A stretch of 64,000 nucleotides of DNA from an uncultured Candidatus Saccharibacteria bacterium (GTDB lineage Bacteria > Patescibacteriota > Minisyncoccia > UBA11713 > 2-01-FULL-45-33): positions 3,466-67,465 of the forward strand of contig CAYXFX010000001.1 in assembly GCA_964464405.1 (NCBI GenBank), written 5' to 3'. Below the pieces are notes generated by a model, which was not told the origin of the DNA, searched no databases, and saw only the letters and a program-made list of their open reading frames with translations. The position numbers and the translations under genes are program-made. Positions 1 to 8,340 of this stretch are shown here, one piece after another. The stretch's first letter is position 1. Each line of letters starts with the position of its first letter.

Positions 1-78
1 AATTAAGCCTTATTCTTTTGGAGCATCGGTGGTGGCGGATCGACATACATAATTGCAAACATGGTTTGCAGTTTTTTT

Positions 79-152
79 GTCCCTGTAGCTCAGCGGATTA
101 GAGCGCTTCCCTCCGAAGGAAGAGGCCGGAGGTTCAAATCCTCTCAGGGACG
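79..152 (+). tRNA. tRNA-Arg (anticodon CCG)
   Basis: Cloverleaf read by eye: acceptor GTCCCTG/CAGGGAC, D-arm GCTC..GAGC, anticodon stem CTTCC/GGAAG with loop CTCCGAA (anticodon CCG), 5-nt variable loop, T-loop TTCAAAT; CCA not encoded. Confidence 0.8.
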
Positions 153-187
153 TACAATTTTTCATAATATTCGGTTATTATCATTAA

Positions 188-1006
188 ATGCCCGAATTGC
201 CTGAAGTTGAAATAACAAAAAGAAAACTTGAGCCGCTTATTGTGGGGAGGAGAGTTTTTGGTTTGGGAAAAATTTTGGGAATAGAACGGCGCGGAAAAGC
301 ATTGATGTTTTATCTCTCAAATAATAAGGCGCTCGCGATTCATCAGAGAATGAGCGGAAGAATTCTGGTTGTTGGGAGAGGAGAGAAAAATAAGTATTTT
401 AGGCGGAGATTTAAACTTTCAAACGGAAAAGATTTGGTTTTGCATGACGTGCGAAAGTTTGGAGTGGTTTGGTACGGAAAAAAAGATAAAATTTTGAGGG
501 AAAATTATTTTAAAACACTTGGGCCAGATGCTTTGGCCGTTTCGCTTAAAGAGTTTAGGAATTTATTGCTTCCTCCTTCCTCTCCTTCACAAGGAAAGGA
601 TAAGAGAATCACAACTCCTCCCCTTGTAAAGGGGAGGATTGGGAGGGGTATAAAATCTTTTCTACTTAATCAAAAAAATATTGCCGGCATCGGAAATATT
701 ATGGCGGATGAAATTTTGTGGCATGCGCATATTCATCCCGAAAGAAAAATCGCAACTTTAACGAATTCCGAAATAAAAAATTTTTGGAAGTCTATACGCT
801 CGGTTCTTAATAGAAGTATAAAATTGGGCGGATCTTCCATGCGCGATTGGATGCATCCGGACAACTCTCGCGGAGGATATTTTGAAAAAAGAAGTATTTA
901 TGCCCGAGAAGGCGAATCTTGCAAAAAATGCGCCCAAAAAATTTTGCGAAAAAAAATAAACGGACGTTCCGCTTATTTTTGTGAAAATTGCCAAAAAAAA
1001 TCCTGA
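188..1006 (+). CDS. fpg: formamidopyrimidine-DNA glycosylase (Fpg/Nei family)
   Basis: N-terminal MPELPEVE (catalytic Pro2/Glu3 signature), H2TH region (IAGIGNIMADEILWHAHIHP), C-terminal zinc finger CKKCAQ..CENC; carries a ~25-aa low-complexity insertion (PPSSPSQGKDKRITTPPLVKGRIGRG). Confidence 0.85.
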   Translation: MPELPEVEITKRKLEPLIVGRRVFGLGKILGIERRGKALMFYLSNNKALAIHQRMSGRILVVGRGEKNKYFRRRFKLSNGKDLVLHDVRKFGVVWYGKKDKILRENYFKTLGPDALAVSLKEFRNLLLPPSSPSQGKDKRITTPPLVKGRIGRGIKSFLLNQKNIAGIGNIMADEILWHAHIHPERKIATLTNSEIKNFWKSIRSVLNRSIKLGGSSMRDWMHPDNSRGGYFEKRSIYAREGESCKKCAQKILRKKINGRSAYFCENCQKKS

Positions 1007-1010
1007 GAAA

Positions 1011-1271
1011 TTATCTCAGGTAGCAGTCATAGTGATGGGTTCTTTTATTGTATTTACACTGTTTTCCTCTGTACGGTGGGTGATGTCCGCGATACTGGTA
1101 ATGGTATTCATATCGATGCGGATGCTTTGGAATCGGGCGGTAATAATAATATGTTGGAGGATTGGAATAAATTACAGCGGGTTCGTGCCGGTACACTCTG
1201 CCTCCAACAACACATGAAGATAGCAGGGCGGAAAAAAGAAAAACAAAAACAATTATTGAATATTTAAACAT
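1011..1271 (-). CDS. small putative lipoprotein, Tyr/His/Pro-rich
   Basis: Hydrophobic signal peptide followed by lipobox-like LLSSC, then a Y/H/P/R-rich low-complexity tail; competes with two + strand ORFs that lack any such signal; tandem with the neighbouring lipoprotein gene on the same strand. Confidence 0.45.
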   Translation of the reverse strand: MFKYSIIVFVFLFSALLSSCVVGGRVYRHEPAVIYSNPPTYYYYRPIPKHPHRYEYHYQYRGHHPPYRGKQCKYNKRTHHYDCYLR

Positions 1272-1365
1272 AACGAACTCCTTTCTTTTCTGGATTCAAT
1301 ATAGCACGACTTTTCAGAAAAATAAATGACCGAGCATTTGGCCCGGCCTTTTTACCTTTTGCTGT

Positions 1366-1641
1366 CTATTTCTTTTTTCTTAGGCTGTCGTTTTCTTGCT
1401 CTAGTTCTCGTTGGCGATCTTCTTGAATTTGGATTTGATCTCCAACCAGAGCTCCCCCGGCTAGTCCTGCTGCTCCGCCGATTACAAGACCGACAGGACC
1501 TGCCACGAGGCCTCCTACAAGAGCTCCGCTGGCAACTCCGACGCCTGCACTTTTTTCACGCGTGGTAAACGCGGGAACCGTGCAAGATGCCGTGAAAAAC
1601 ACAATAAAAAGCAATGCCAAAACAGCGTTAGTTTTTCTCAT
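1366..1641 (-). CDS. glycine-zipper lipoprotein (SlyB/Pcp-like)
   Basis: Signal peptide with FFTASC lipobox-like cysteine, long GxxxG-type glycine zipper (GVGVASGALVGGLVAGPVGLVIGGAAGLAGGALVG), GGAGGT RBS upstream on - strand. Confidence 0.65.
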   Translation of the reverse strand: MRKTNAVLALLFIVFFTASCTVPAFTTREKSAGVGVASGALVGGLVAGPVGLVIGGAAGLAGGALVGDQIQIQEDRQRELEQENDSLRKKK

Positions 1642-1724
1642 TTTTCACCTCCCTGGTGATTTTCATCTAATTTCAGATTAACAATAAAGCAAAAACTTTG
1701 ATATAGTATACTGTGAATAGCGGC

Positions 1725-1798
1725 GGGCCATAGTATAACGGCAGTACGTACCCTTGGGGTGGGTATGGCAGCGGTTCAATTCCGCTTGGCCCGACCAT
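1725..1798 (+). tRNA. tRNA-Pro (anticodon GGG), CCA encoded
   Basis: Acceptor CGGGCCA/TGGCCCG, anticodon stem TACCC/GGGTA with loop TTGGGGT, T-arm AGCGG-TTCAATT-CCGCT, terminal ACCA. Confidence 0.8.
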
Positions 1799-1937
1799 TC
1801 AAGACAAGTCAAATTTTCGGAAGACTGTGAATTACGAAACTCTATTTTTTATGTAAAATAACAATAGGCTCTGGTAATGTGCAAGCACATTACCGAAAGC
1901 CCTTGACATTAGTGTTGATGATTAAATTGGATAAAAT

Positions 1938-3374
1938 ATGAAAAATTTTGAAGACCACTCTCATCTCATAGATGAGACAAAGCAGGTAGACAGAAAAATG
2001 CAATCTAAAATTGACGCTGGCGAAGCTAAAAATTTTAGCGAGGCGCAGGAACTTGTCATGTTTGATGATACATTTGCGATAGACAAAGAGCGAGATATTG
2101 CAGACATCAAGAAGTTAATGAGACGGGTTAGAAAAGATCCTAAGATAGGAAGATTGGGAAGTGAATATAGCCAAGAGGGTGATAAAAAATATGGCTGGCT
2201 TAAATACTTGGATGAGCAGGTAGAAGCCGGGCAATGGGAAGAAGACGATCTTAATTTTGTAATCGAGGAATTGCGCAAAGAAAGGATAGACGACTATTTT
2301 GGTAATGTTGCAAGAAAATATGAATCAGCAATGCCAATACCTGATAGCATTGTTCGCCTTGATCAAGAAGCTGAAATCGCAGAGACACTTCGTGGCGATA
2401 AGCCCGTCTTAATTCGAGGAAATTGGCGCATAGGGAAAACGAGCATGACGCGATCTTTAGAAACACACCAATTTGGTTCGGAAAATTCTATTATCATTGA
2501 TGCAATGGCAGAAAGCGCTGGCAGAGATGAATCGCTTGAAGATTTTCAAAAACATTTTGGAGCACACACAATTGCTAGATTTATAGCAGAAAGAGAACTT
2601 ACGGGAGCAGAGCTGGAAGATAGATTCGAGAAAGAAAATGAGCTTAGAAAGCAAATAGCGGAAAGTCAAAAATCTCCCTTTGAATTTCTTAATAATTATC
2701 TTGTTCAGCGAGGAGAAAAAGTATTTTTGTCTCTCGATGAGGTCATAGGATTTGCGGAGCAACCGGAAAAACTGAAATATCTCGCCGATCTGAAAGGTTT
2801 AAGTAATATACAATTAACCATTGTCCTCCATAGATTTGCTTCTTTTGAAAGTTCATTTAAGGAGATTTTTGACGGATACGAAACACATTTTGTGCATTCG
2901 CTAACTTTAGAGGAAGTTGGAACATTAGTCCGAAAACCTCTTGAGGGGACTCAAATTATTTTTACTGACGATGCCATTCAGAAAATTTTTGCATTTACCG
3001 GAGGCAGGCCAATGGAAATTAACAATGTCTGTCGGGCTTTAATGGACCAATTTTCTGAACATAAAAATTATAAATTTACTTATCACGCGGAAGATATAGA
3101 CGCGTTAACTGGAAAAGAAACTTGGCAGTTTGGAGAATCGTTTAGAGTGGCAATCGATACTTATAAGCGAGTTTACGGTCGTTCTATGAGCGATGAAGAA
3201 CGCGCTATAATTGATAGATTGATTGAAAGAGATGAAGTTCCTGTTTCAGAAATTGACGCGGAAAAAGTTCAGTCATTGATTGATACGACCTTTGTGGCAA
3301 AAGATGAAAGTAAAGAAATTTATCGCGTCAATGGCATATTATTTAAGCGGGTAGTTTTGGATCAAAATCTTTGA
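1938..3374 (+). CDS. AAA+ ATPase, Arch_ATPase/DUF234-like P-loop NTPase with acidic N-terminal extension
   Basis: Walker A LIRGNWRIGKTSM, Walker B hhhhDE (VFLSLDEV), downstream FTGGRP motif typical of this AAA+ branch; ~150-aa D/E/K-rich N-terminus. Confidence 0.6.
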   Translation: MKNFEDHSHLIDETKQVDRKMQSKIDAGEAKNFSEAQELVMFDDTFAIDKERDIADIKKLMRRVRKDPKIGRLGSEYSQEGDKKYGWLKYLDEQVEAGQWEEDDLNFVIEELRKERIDDYFGNVARKYESAMPIPDSIVRLDQEAEIAETLRGDKPVLIRGNWRIGKTSMTRSLETHQFGSENSIIIDAMAESAGRDESLEDFQKHFGAHTIARFIAERELTGAELEDRFEKENELRKQIAESQKSPFEFLNNYLVQRGEKVFLSLDEVIGFAEQPEKLKYLADLKGLSNIQLTIVLHRFASFESSFKEIFDGYETHFVHSLTLEEVGTLVRKPLEGTQIIFTDDAIQKIFAFTGGRPMEINNVCRALMDQFSEHKNYKFTYHAEDIDALTGKETWQFGESFRVAIDTYKRVYGRSMSDEERAIIDRLIERDEVPVSEIDAEKVQSLIDTTFVAKDESKEIYRVNGILFKRVVLDQNL

Positions 3375-3646
3375 TTGTGGCGCGCCAGTTTCGCTGGCAC
3401 GAAATTCGGCTGCGGCGGAAAGCGATGGCTCGGCGGAATTTCTTCCCCCAGCCCCCAGTATGAGAGAATACGCGACCAATCAAGACAAACACACGAGTTA
3501 TATTTAGAGAATAGTAAAAATTTTTGAAACAGAATCTCGATAAGATGCCTGTTTTTGTTTGCCGTTGAAAAGTCATTGCTTTTTCTGTAAATGTGTGATA
3601 GCTTTGATAAAGTTTGATCGTCGGTCTTTGACAGGAGGAATACGTA

Positions 3647-5221
3647 ATGACTATTCAGGATCGCCTTGCAAAGGTGCGTTTTTTTGACGTAAAGCCCGAT
3701 CTTTCATCCCTTGATGCAAATCAGAAACAAGCGCTGACCCACTGCGTCAATGCTTCGCGCATCATAACCGATATCTATTTGGATCAGGTGTACGCCGATA
3801 ATAAGAGAATTTATCACTATCTTCAGAATCGAAGCGATGCAGAAGGAAAAGATCTCTTGCGTTATTTCCTTATTCATGGATCTCCGTGGGATGCCTATGA
3901 TCACGATCGTCCATTCATTTCTGGAGTCGGAGAAAAGCCGAAGTTCGGTTCTTTCTACCCTTCTGATCTCGTAAAGGATGAATGGGATGCGTGGCTGAAC
4001 GCACACCCGAAAGATCGTGAACGATTTGAAAGTAACTACACCATAATTCGGCGTCAAAACGCAGGGTTGTTCGCAAGATCATATTCAGATGAATACGCCG
4101 ATCGATTGAGCGAAACGGCTAATCTCCTGCGACAAGCATCCGTTCTACTTCCCGATGGTTCGCTACGATTGTTCTTGCAACTTCGCGCCGACGCTTTTTT
4201 GTCGAATAACTACTTTGAAAGCGACATGGCATGGGTGGATACTGACGGAAGTCCTTTTGAGGTCACCATTGGCCCCTACGAAACTTACTTCGATGAACTA
4301 CTTGGATTGAAAGCCTCCTTTGAGGCGTTCGTTGCACTTCCAGACAAAGATGCTACTATTGCTCTTGCTCGATTCACTCCTGTCGTTCCTGACTTTGACA
4401 CAATACTTAGTCAGGAGTTTGACTTCAGTCCAAAGGGGGCTGCTATTCCTCTGGAAGTGGTCTCTGATGTGGCGCGTGGAGGCGGAGCAGGATTCGGATA
4501 CATGTTTGTCGCATACAACCTTCCTAACGATCGGAGAGTACATGACCTCAAGGGGTCAAAGAAAGTGTTCTCTCGGACGATGATGGAGGCGAAGTTTTCT
4601 ACGCTTGCTCTTCCAATCGCTGAGCGGCTGCTTACTCACGACGTTCTGGACCAATGCACATTCGATAACAGATTACTGTTTGTTCTTGGGCACGAACTTG
4701 CTCATGGACTTGGCCCCAGTAAGATCCGTATCGACGGCAGAGAAATGCCATTCGAGGTTGCTCTGAAAGACCTTCACTCGTCTCTCGAAGAAGCAAAGGC
4801 GGACATGCTCGGTGCCCGGCTACTCAATTACTTCCGAGGCAGAAACCTCCTTGATGACGAAACCCTTCAAGGAATTGTTGCGACGGAACTCGTTGCTTAT
4901 TTCCAAGGGTGGAGACACGGATTTACTGAAGCTCACGCCCGAGGCAGTCTCATCGAATACAACTGGTTGAGAGCTGCAAATGCGTTGCGTTATGAAACGA
5001 CAACAAAACGATACGAAATCGATCCTGAACGCTGCGTTGATGCTATGTCGCGCCTTAGCACCGAGTTCTTGAACCTTCAAATCGTTGGTGATTACGAACG
5101 CGCGAAGGCCTTCATGGAACACTGGGGATCTGTCTCTCCGGAACTACCTCTTATCATCGAAAGTTTTTCCGACATCCCGACAGCAGTAAGTCCGGTTTGG
5201 GATTTGTCGGAACTGAAATAG
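3647..5221 (+). CDS. M49-like (DPP III-like) zinc metallopeptidase, short bacterial form
   Basis: HELAHGLG zinc motif plus downstream EEAKAD, matching the two-motif HExx(x)H ... EExxA(E/D) arrangement of peptidase family M49; AGGAGG RBS 8 nt upstream; visibly higher GC than flanking genes. Confidence 0.55.
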   Translation: MTIQDRLAKVRFFDVKPDLSSLDANQKQALTHCVNASRIITDIYLDQVYADNKRIYHYLQNRSDAEGKDLLRYFLIHGSPWDAYDHDRPFISGVGEKPKFGSFYPSDLVKDEWDAWLNAHPKDRERFESNYTIIRRQNAGLFARSYSDEYADRLSETANLLRQASVLLPDGSLRLFLQLRADAFLSNNYFESDMAWVDTDGSPFEVTIGPYETYFDELLGLKASFEAFVALPDKDATIALARFTPVVPDFDTILSQEFDFSPKGAAIPLEVVSDVARGGGAGFGYMFVAYNLPNDRRVHDLKGSKKVFSRTMMEAKFSTLALPIAERLLTHDVLDQCTFDNRLLFVLGHELAHGLGPSKIRIDGREMPFEVALKDLHSSLEEAKADMLGARLLNYFRGRNLLDDETLQGIVATELVAYFQGWRHGFTEAHARGSLIEYNWLRAANALRYETTTKRYEIDPERCVDAMSRLSTEFLNLQIVGDYERAKAFMEHWGSVSPELPLIIESFSDIPTAVSPVWDLSELK

Positions 5222-5233
5222 TTCTACACCTAT

Positions 5234-5262
5234 CGGCCCGAAAGAAATTTCGGGCTTTTTCT
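5234..5262 (+). terminator. rho-independent terminator (GGCCCGAAA..TTTCGGGC + T-run)
   Basis: Perfect GC-rich stem followed by CTTTTTCTTT. Confidence 0.6.
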
Positions 5263-5364
5263 TTATGGGTTCGCGCTAAATCTAGAATACGCGACAATTT
5301 AAATTTGCATTCAATTTATTACTCTGGTAATTTGAGAACAGAAGTTTTTTATTTGGAGGATAAA

Positions 5365-6138
5365 ATGGTGAAAACTTCAATTGAAGAAATTAAAAGTGCA
5401 CAAGATGCGGAAAAGCTAGCGCGAGAATACGAACAAAAATCTAAAGAACTATTTGCGCAGGCAAATGAACACTGGGAAAAAGCAAAAGCATTGGTAAAAA
5501 CAGGAGAGACAATGGGGAACAAGCTACGAGATTTCGTGTTTTTGCGATACGGATGTTTGGGTAAATTTGATGAGGTTTATCGCGACATAGAGCATAGAGT
5601 TTCCGAACATGTCGGGCAATTTATTCTGCTCTTTTGCGCACATGACTCGAGTGAGGGGTGTTGCAGTCCTGGAGGCGGAGGGCCTAATTATGTGCGTCGG
5701 AATGGTTTTTGTCTGGGAATTTTAAAGGGCGGTTCTTTGATTTTGCACGAACCAGAAAAGGGCTGTAAATTTGAAACAGAAAATTACGTCTTGAAAACAG
5801 ACAGAAAAACGGAAATTATATCCGGTAATCTAGGAGAGGTTTTGCCGGTAGAAGTTTTTTGGACTCGACAACTAAACTTCGGTATAGATTTAGCCAAACC
5901 CGAAGCAAAGGATTTGCCATTAGGCGGCCACCTTTTTAGTTTTGAAAGACGGAATAAGATTCCAAACGAAGTCGCGCTTATAATCGGAGATGCGGAAATT
6001 AAAAATTGGGTTGGAGAAAAAACACGCAAAGAGCTTTCATGGCTTTTTGTAAACAGCTTTTATGAGATGTGCAAATTACTCGGAAGAGTTGACGAAGAAT
6101 TTTTCAACAAGTTTCTATTCTCAAGATACCGCAAGTAA
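5365..6138 (+). CDS. hypothetical protein (Cys/Gly-rich central region)
   Basis: ATG at 5365 preceded by GGAGGA RBS; the ORF-track start at 5197 reads through the upstream terminator so is less likely; no recognisable family. Confidence 0.5.
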   Translation: MVKTSIEEIKSAQDAEKLAREYEQKSKELFAQANEHWEKAKALVKTGETMGNKLRDFVFLRYGCLGKFDEVYRDIEHRVSEHVGQFILLFCAHDSSEGCCSPGGGGPNYVRRNGFCLGILKGGSLILHEPEKGCKFETENYVLKTDRKTEIISGNLGEVLPVEVFWTRQLNFGIDLAKPEAKDLPLGGHLFSFERRNKIPNEVALIIGDAEIKNWVGEKTRKELSWLFVNSFYEMCKLLGRVDEEFFNKFLFSRYRK

Positions 6139-6170
6139 AAGCGGTATTTTTTTTATTTTAATCTTTTAGT

Positions 6171-6365
6171 TTATATTTTAATTTTGAGATGCTTTCCTGC
6201 TTTCATGCAGCGCGTACAGATTTTTATTCTTTTTCCGTTTGGCAAGCGCGCCCACTGGAGATTGGGATATTTTCTTGAACGTTTTACAGGATTATAGTGG
6301 GCGCGAAGGAGTCTTCGCGTTCCCATCATAACCGATCCTTTTTCACAAATTGGGCAGTGTTTCAT
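6171..6365 (-). CDS. rpmB: 50S ribosomal protein L28 (zinc-ribbon form)
   Basis: CPICEK ... PNLQ ... KICTRCMKAGK: L28 signature with Cys4 ribbon. Confidence 0.8.
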   Translation of the reverse strand: MKHCPICEKGSVMMGTRRLLRAHYNPVKRSRKYPNLQWARLPNGKRIKICTRCMKAGKHLKIKI

Positions 6366-6465
6366 AAACCCTACTTATTACAAATTGATACTAATCTTCT
6401 AATGATCAGGATTTATTGGTATATTTGTAACTATTAGTAATTAGTAGAGTATCATAGCAAGTACT

Positions 6466-7083
6466 ATGAATCAAGTTGTAGACACAATTTTTCAAATACT
6501 AATCGTCATTTTTTCGGTTGTTGTGCATGAAGTTTCGCATGGAGCAATGGCTTTCGCGCTTGGGGACAACACCGCAAAAGACGCGGGTCGGCTTACGCTC
6601 AATCCTATTCCGCATATAGACATGGTCGGCTCGATATTGATGCCGATATTAATAGGTTTTGGCTGGGCGAAACCCGTTCCGTATAATCCTTATAATTTAA
6701 AAGATCAAAAATGGGGACCTTTCTTGGTTGGTATTGCTGGGCCTGCGAGTAATATTTTAGTTGCTATTGTGTTTGGGCTCGTGCTTCGGTTTTCGGAATT
6801 TTTAACAATATTGGGGCCAGCGATACTTTCTGCCATATTTCCTATTGTCATTATTAATTTGGGGCTCGCGGTTTTTAATTTAATTCCTGTGCCGCCTTTG
6901 GACGGCTCTAAAATACTCTATCTGTTTTGGCCCAAGGACCGGATCGATCTTTACGCAAAATTCGAACAATACGGTTTTTTTATTCTTCTTATTTTAATTT
7001 TGCTTTTCCGCAACGCGCTTTCTAACATAATTTTCCCGATTATCGGATTTTTCTTTCGCCTGATTACAGGATCAACTTTTTAG
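6466..7083 (+). CDS. site-2 protease family (peptidase M50) membrane metalloprotease
   Basis: HEVSHG zinc motif in first TM helix, LTLNPIPHID motif, multiple TM segments. Confidence 0.8.
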   Translation: MNQVVDTIFQILIVIFSVVVHEVSHGAMAFALGDNTAKDAGRLTLNPIPHIDMVGSILMPILIGFGWAKPVPYNPYNLKDQKWGPFLVGIAGPASNILVAIVFGLVLRFSEFLTILGPAILSAIFPIVIINLGLAVFNLIPVPPLDGSKILYLFWPKDRIDLYAKFEQYGFFILLILILLFRNALSNIIFPIIGFFFRLITGSTF

Positions 7084-7184
7084 TTGCGTATTTTTTTTCA
7101 TTTGCTAATTCATTCCGGCTTGCGCTGGATTTTTTTTTATGTTATGCTCCTACTATTCAATTCACCCGCCAAAATTTTTTAATT

Positions 7185-7448
7185 ATGTACTATGTTTATG
7201 TATTAAAAAGTAAGGCGGATGGACATTTGTACACGGGTTGCACAAAGAATTTAAAAGCTCGACTTGAAATGCATAATTGTGGTAATGTAGAATCTACCAA
7301 AAACAGAATGCCTTTCGTGCTTGTGTATTATGAAGCGTTTTTAAACAAAAATGACGCTTTTGCAAGAGAACAATGGCTTAAAACGGGATGGGGTCGTAAT
7401 CATTTAAGCAAAATATTAAAAAATTATTTAAAAAATTTAGGCGGGTAA
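7185..7448 (+). CDS. GIY-YIG nuclease domain protein (YhbQ/UPF0213-like)
   Basis: YVYVLKS...HLYTGCTKNLKARLEMHN GIY-YIG core; 87 aa, abuts rpsL. Confidence 0.75.
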   Translation: MYYVYVLKSKADGHLYTGCTKNLKARLEMHNCGNVESTKNRMPFVLVYYEAFLNKNDAFAREQWLKTGWGRNHLSKILKNYLKNLGG

Positions 7449-7862
7449 ATGCCAACCATTAATCAATTAATAAAAAAGGGAAGAACCCCGATTACATATA
7501 AATCGAAAGCCGTTGCTTTGGAGAAAGGTTTTAATATTTTAAAAAATCGCCCGAGATTTTATCCTTCGCCATTTAAGCGCGGTGTTTGCCTTTCCGTAAA
7601 AACAATGACACCCAAAAAGCCGAATTCCGCTTTGCGTAAGGTTGCAAGAGTCCGGTTGACCAATGGAATGGAAGTAACTGCATATATCGGAGGCGAGGGG
7701 CATACATTGCAAGAGCACTCTGTTGTGGTAATCCGCGGAGGAAGAGTAAAAGACTTGCCTGGAGTCAGATACCACATTGTGCGCGGAGTTTTGGATACAA
7801 CAGGAGTTGAAAATCGAAAACAGCAAAGAAGCAAATATGGAACAAAAAGACCGAAAAAATGA
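7449..7862 (+). CDS. rpsL: 30S ribosomal protein S12
   Basis: PTINQL ... [10 protein letters not shown] ... [27 protein letters not shown]; ~13-aa insertion near N-terminus. Confidence 0.95.
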   Translation: MPTINQLIKKGRTPITYKSKAVALEKGFNILKNRPRFYPSPFKRGVCLSVKTMTPKKPNSALRKVARVRLTNGMEVTAYIGGEGHTLQEHSVVVIRGGRVKDLPGVRYHIVRGVLDTTGVENRKQQRSKYGTKRPKK

Positions 7863-8332
7863 GACGAACAAAAAAAATAAAAAGAGAAATACTGCCGGAT
7901 ATAAAATATGACTCAATTTTGGTGAGCAAATTTGTAAATCATTTAATGTATGGCGGAAAAAAGACAACTGCGCAGAAAGTAATGTGGGGAGCGCTTGAAG
8001 AAATAAAAAAAGCTGATAAAAAAGTTGAAAATCCGGTGAAGGTTTTCGAGGCGGCCATTAAAAATGTTTCTCCTTTGGTTGAGATAAGGCCGAGGCGAGT
8101 AGGAGGGGCCACATACCAAGTTCCTCGCGAAGTAAGTCCGGAAAGAAAATTATCTTTGGCATTTCGCTGGCTGATTGCTGCCGCGCGCGCCAAAAAAGGA
8201 AAGCCAATGGCTCAAAAATTGGCCGAAGAATTTTTGCTTGCGACCAAAAACGAAGGAGTTGCCATAAAAAAGAAGCTCGACACTCATCGTATGGCGGAAG
8301 CCAACCGCGCCTTCGCGCATTTTGCGTGGTAG
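7859..8332 (+). CDS. rpsG: 30S ribosomal protein S7
   Basis: ATGA overlap with rpsL, S7 motifs ([34 protein letters not shown]). Confidence 0.95.
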   Translation: MRRTKKIKREILPDIKYDSILVSKFVNHLMYGGKKTTAQKVMWGALEEIKKADKKVENPVKVFEAAIKNVSPLVEIRPRRVGGATYQVPREVSPERKLSLAFRWLIAAARAKKGKPMAQKLAEEFLLATKNEGVAIKKKLDTHRMAEANRAFAHFAW

Positions 8333-8340
8333 AATAGGTT

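Noticed and set aside
981-1271. + strand ORFs 981-1217 and 1076-1267
   Set aside because: No signal, motif or RBS. The - strand ORF 1011-1271 has a bona fide signal peptide and lipobox and sits in tandem with another lipoprotein gene.
1326-1568. + strand ORF 1326-1568 (80 aa)
   Set aside because: Antisense to the glycine-zipper lipoprotein, whose Gly codons GGN read as Pro/Arg-rich junk on the opposite strand.
3343-3576. Minus-strand ORF in the GC-rich spacer between the ATPase and peptidase genes
   Set aside because: No motifs and unusual composition. It more likely reflects the GC-rich spacer than coding sequence.
5197-5364. Upstream extension of ORF 5197-6138 (start at 5197)
   Set aside because: It would overlap the end of the M49-like gene and read straight through a rho-independent terminator. 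ATG 5365 has a GGAGGA RBS.
7539-7967. Minus-strand ORFs antisense to rpsL/rpsG, and the many similar 60-160-aa antisense ORFs across the ribosomal block (for example 12664-13152, 21811-22257, 10498-10778)
   Set aside because: They overlap strongly supported, highly conserved r-protein and EF genes on the opposite strand and have no motifs or RBS. Antisense shadow ORFs are expected at this AT content.
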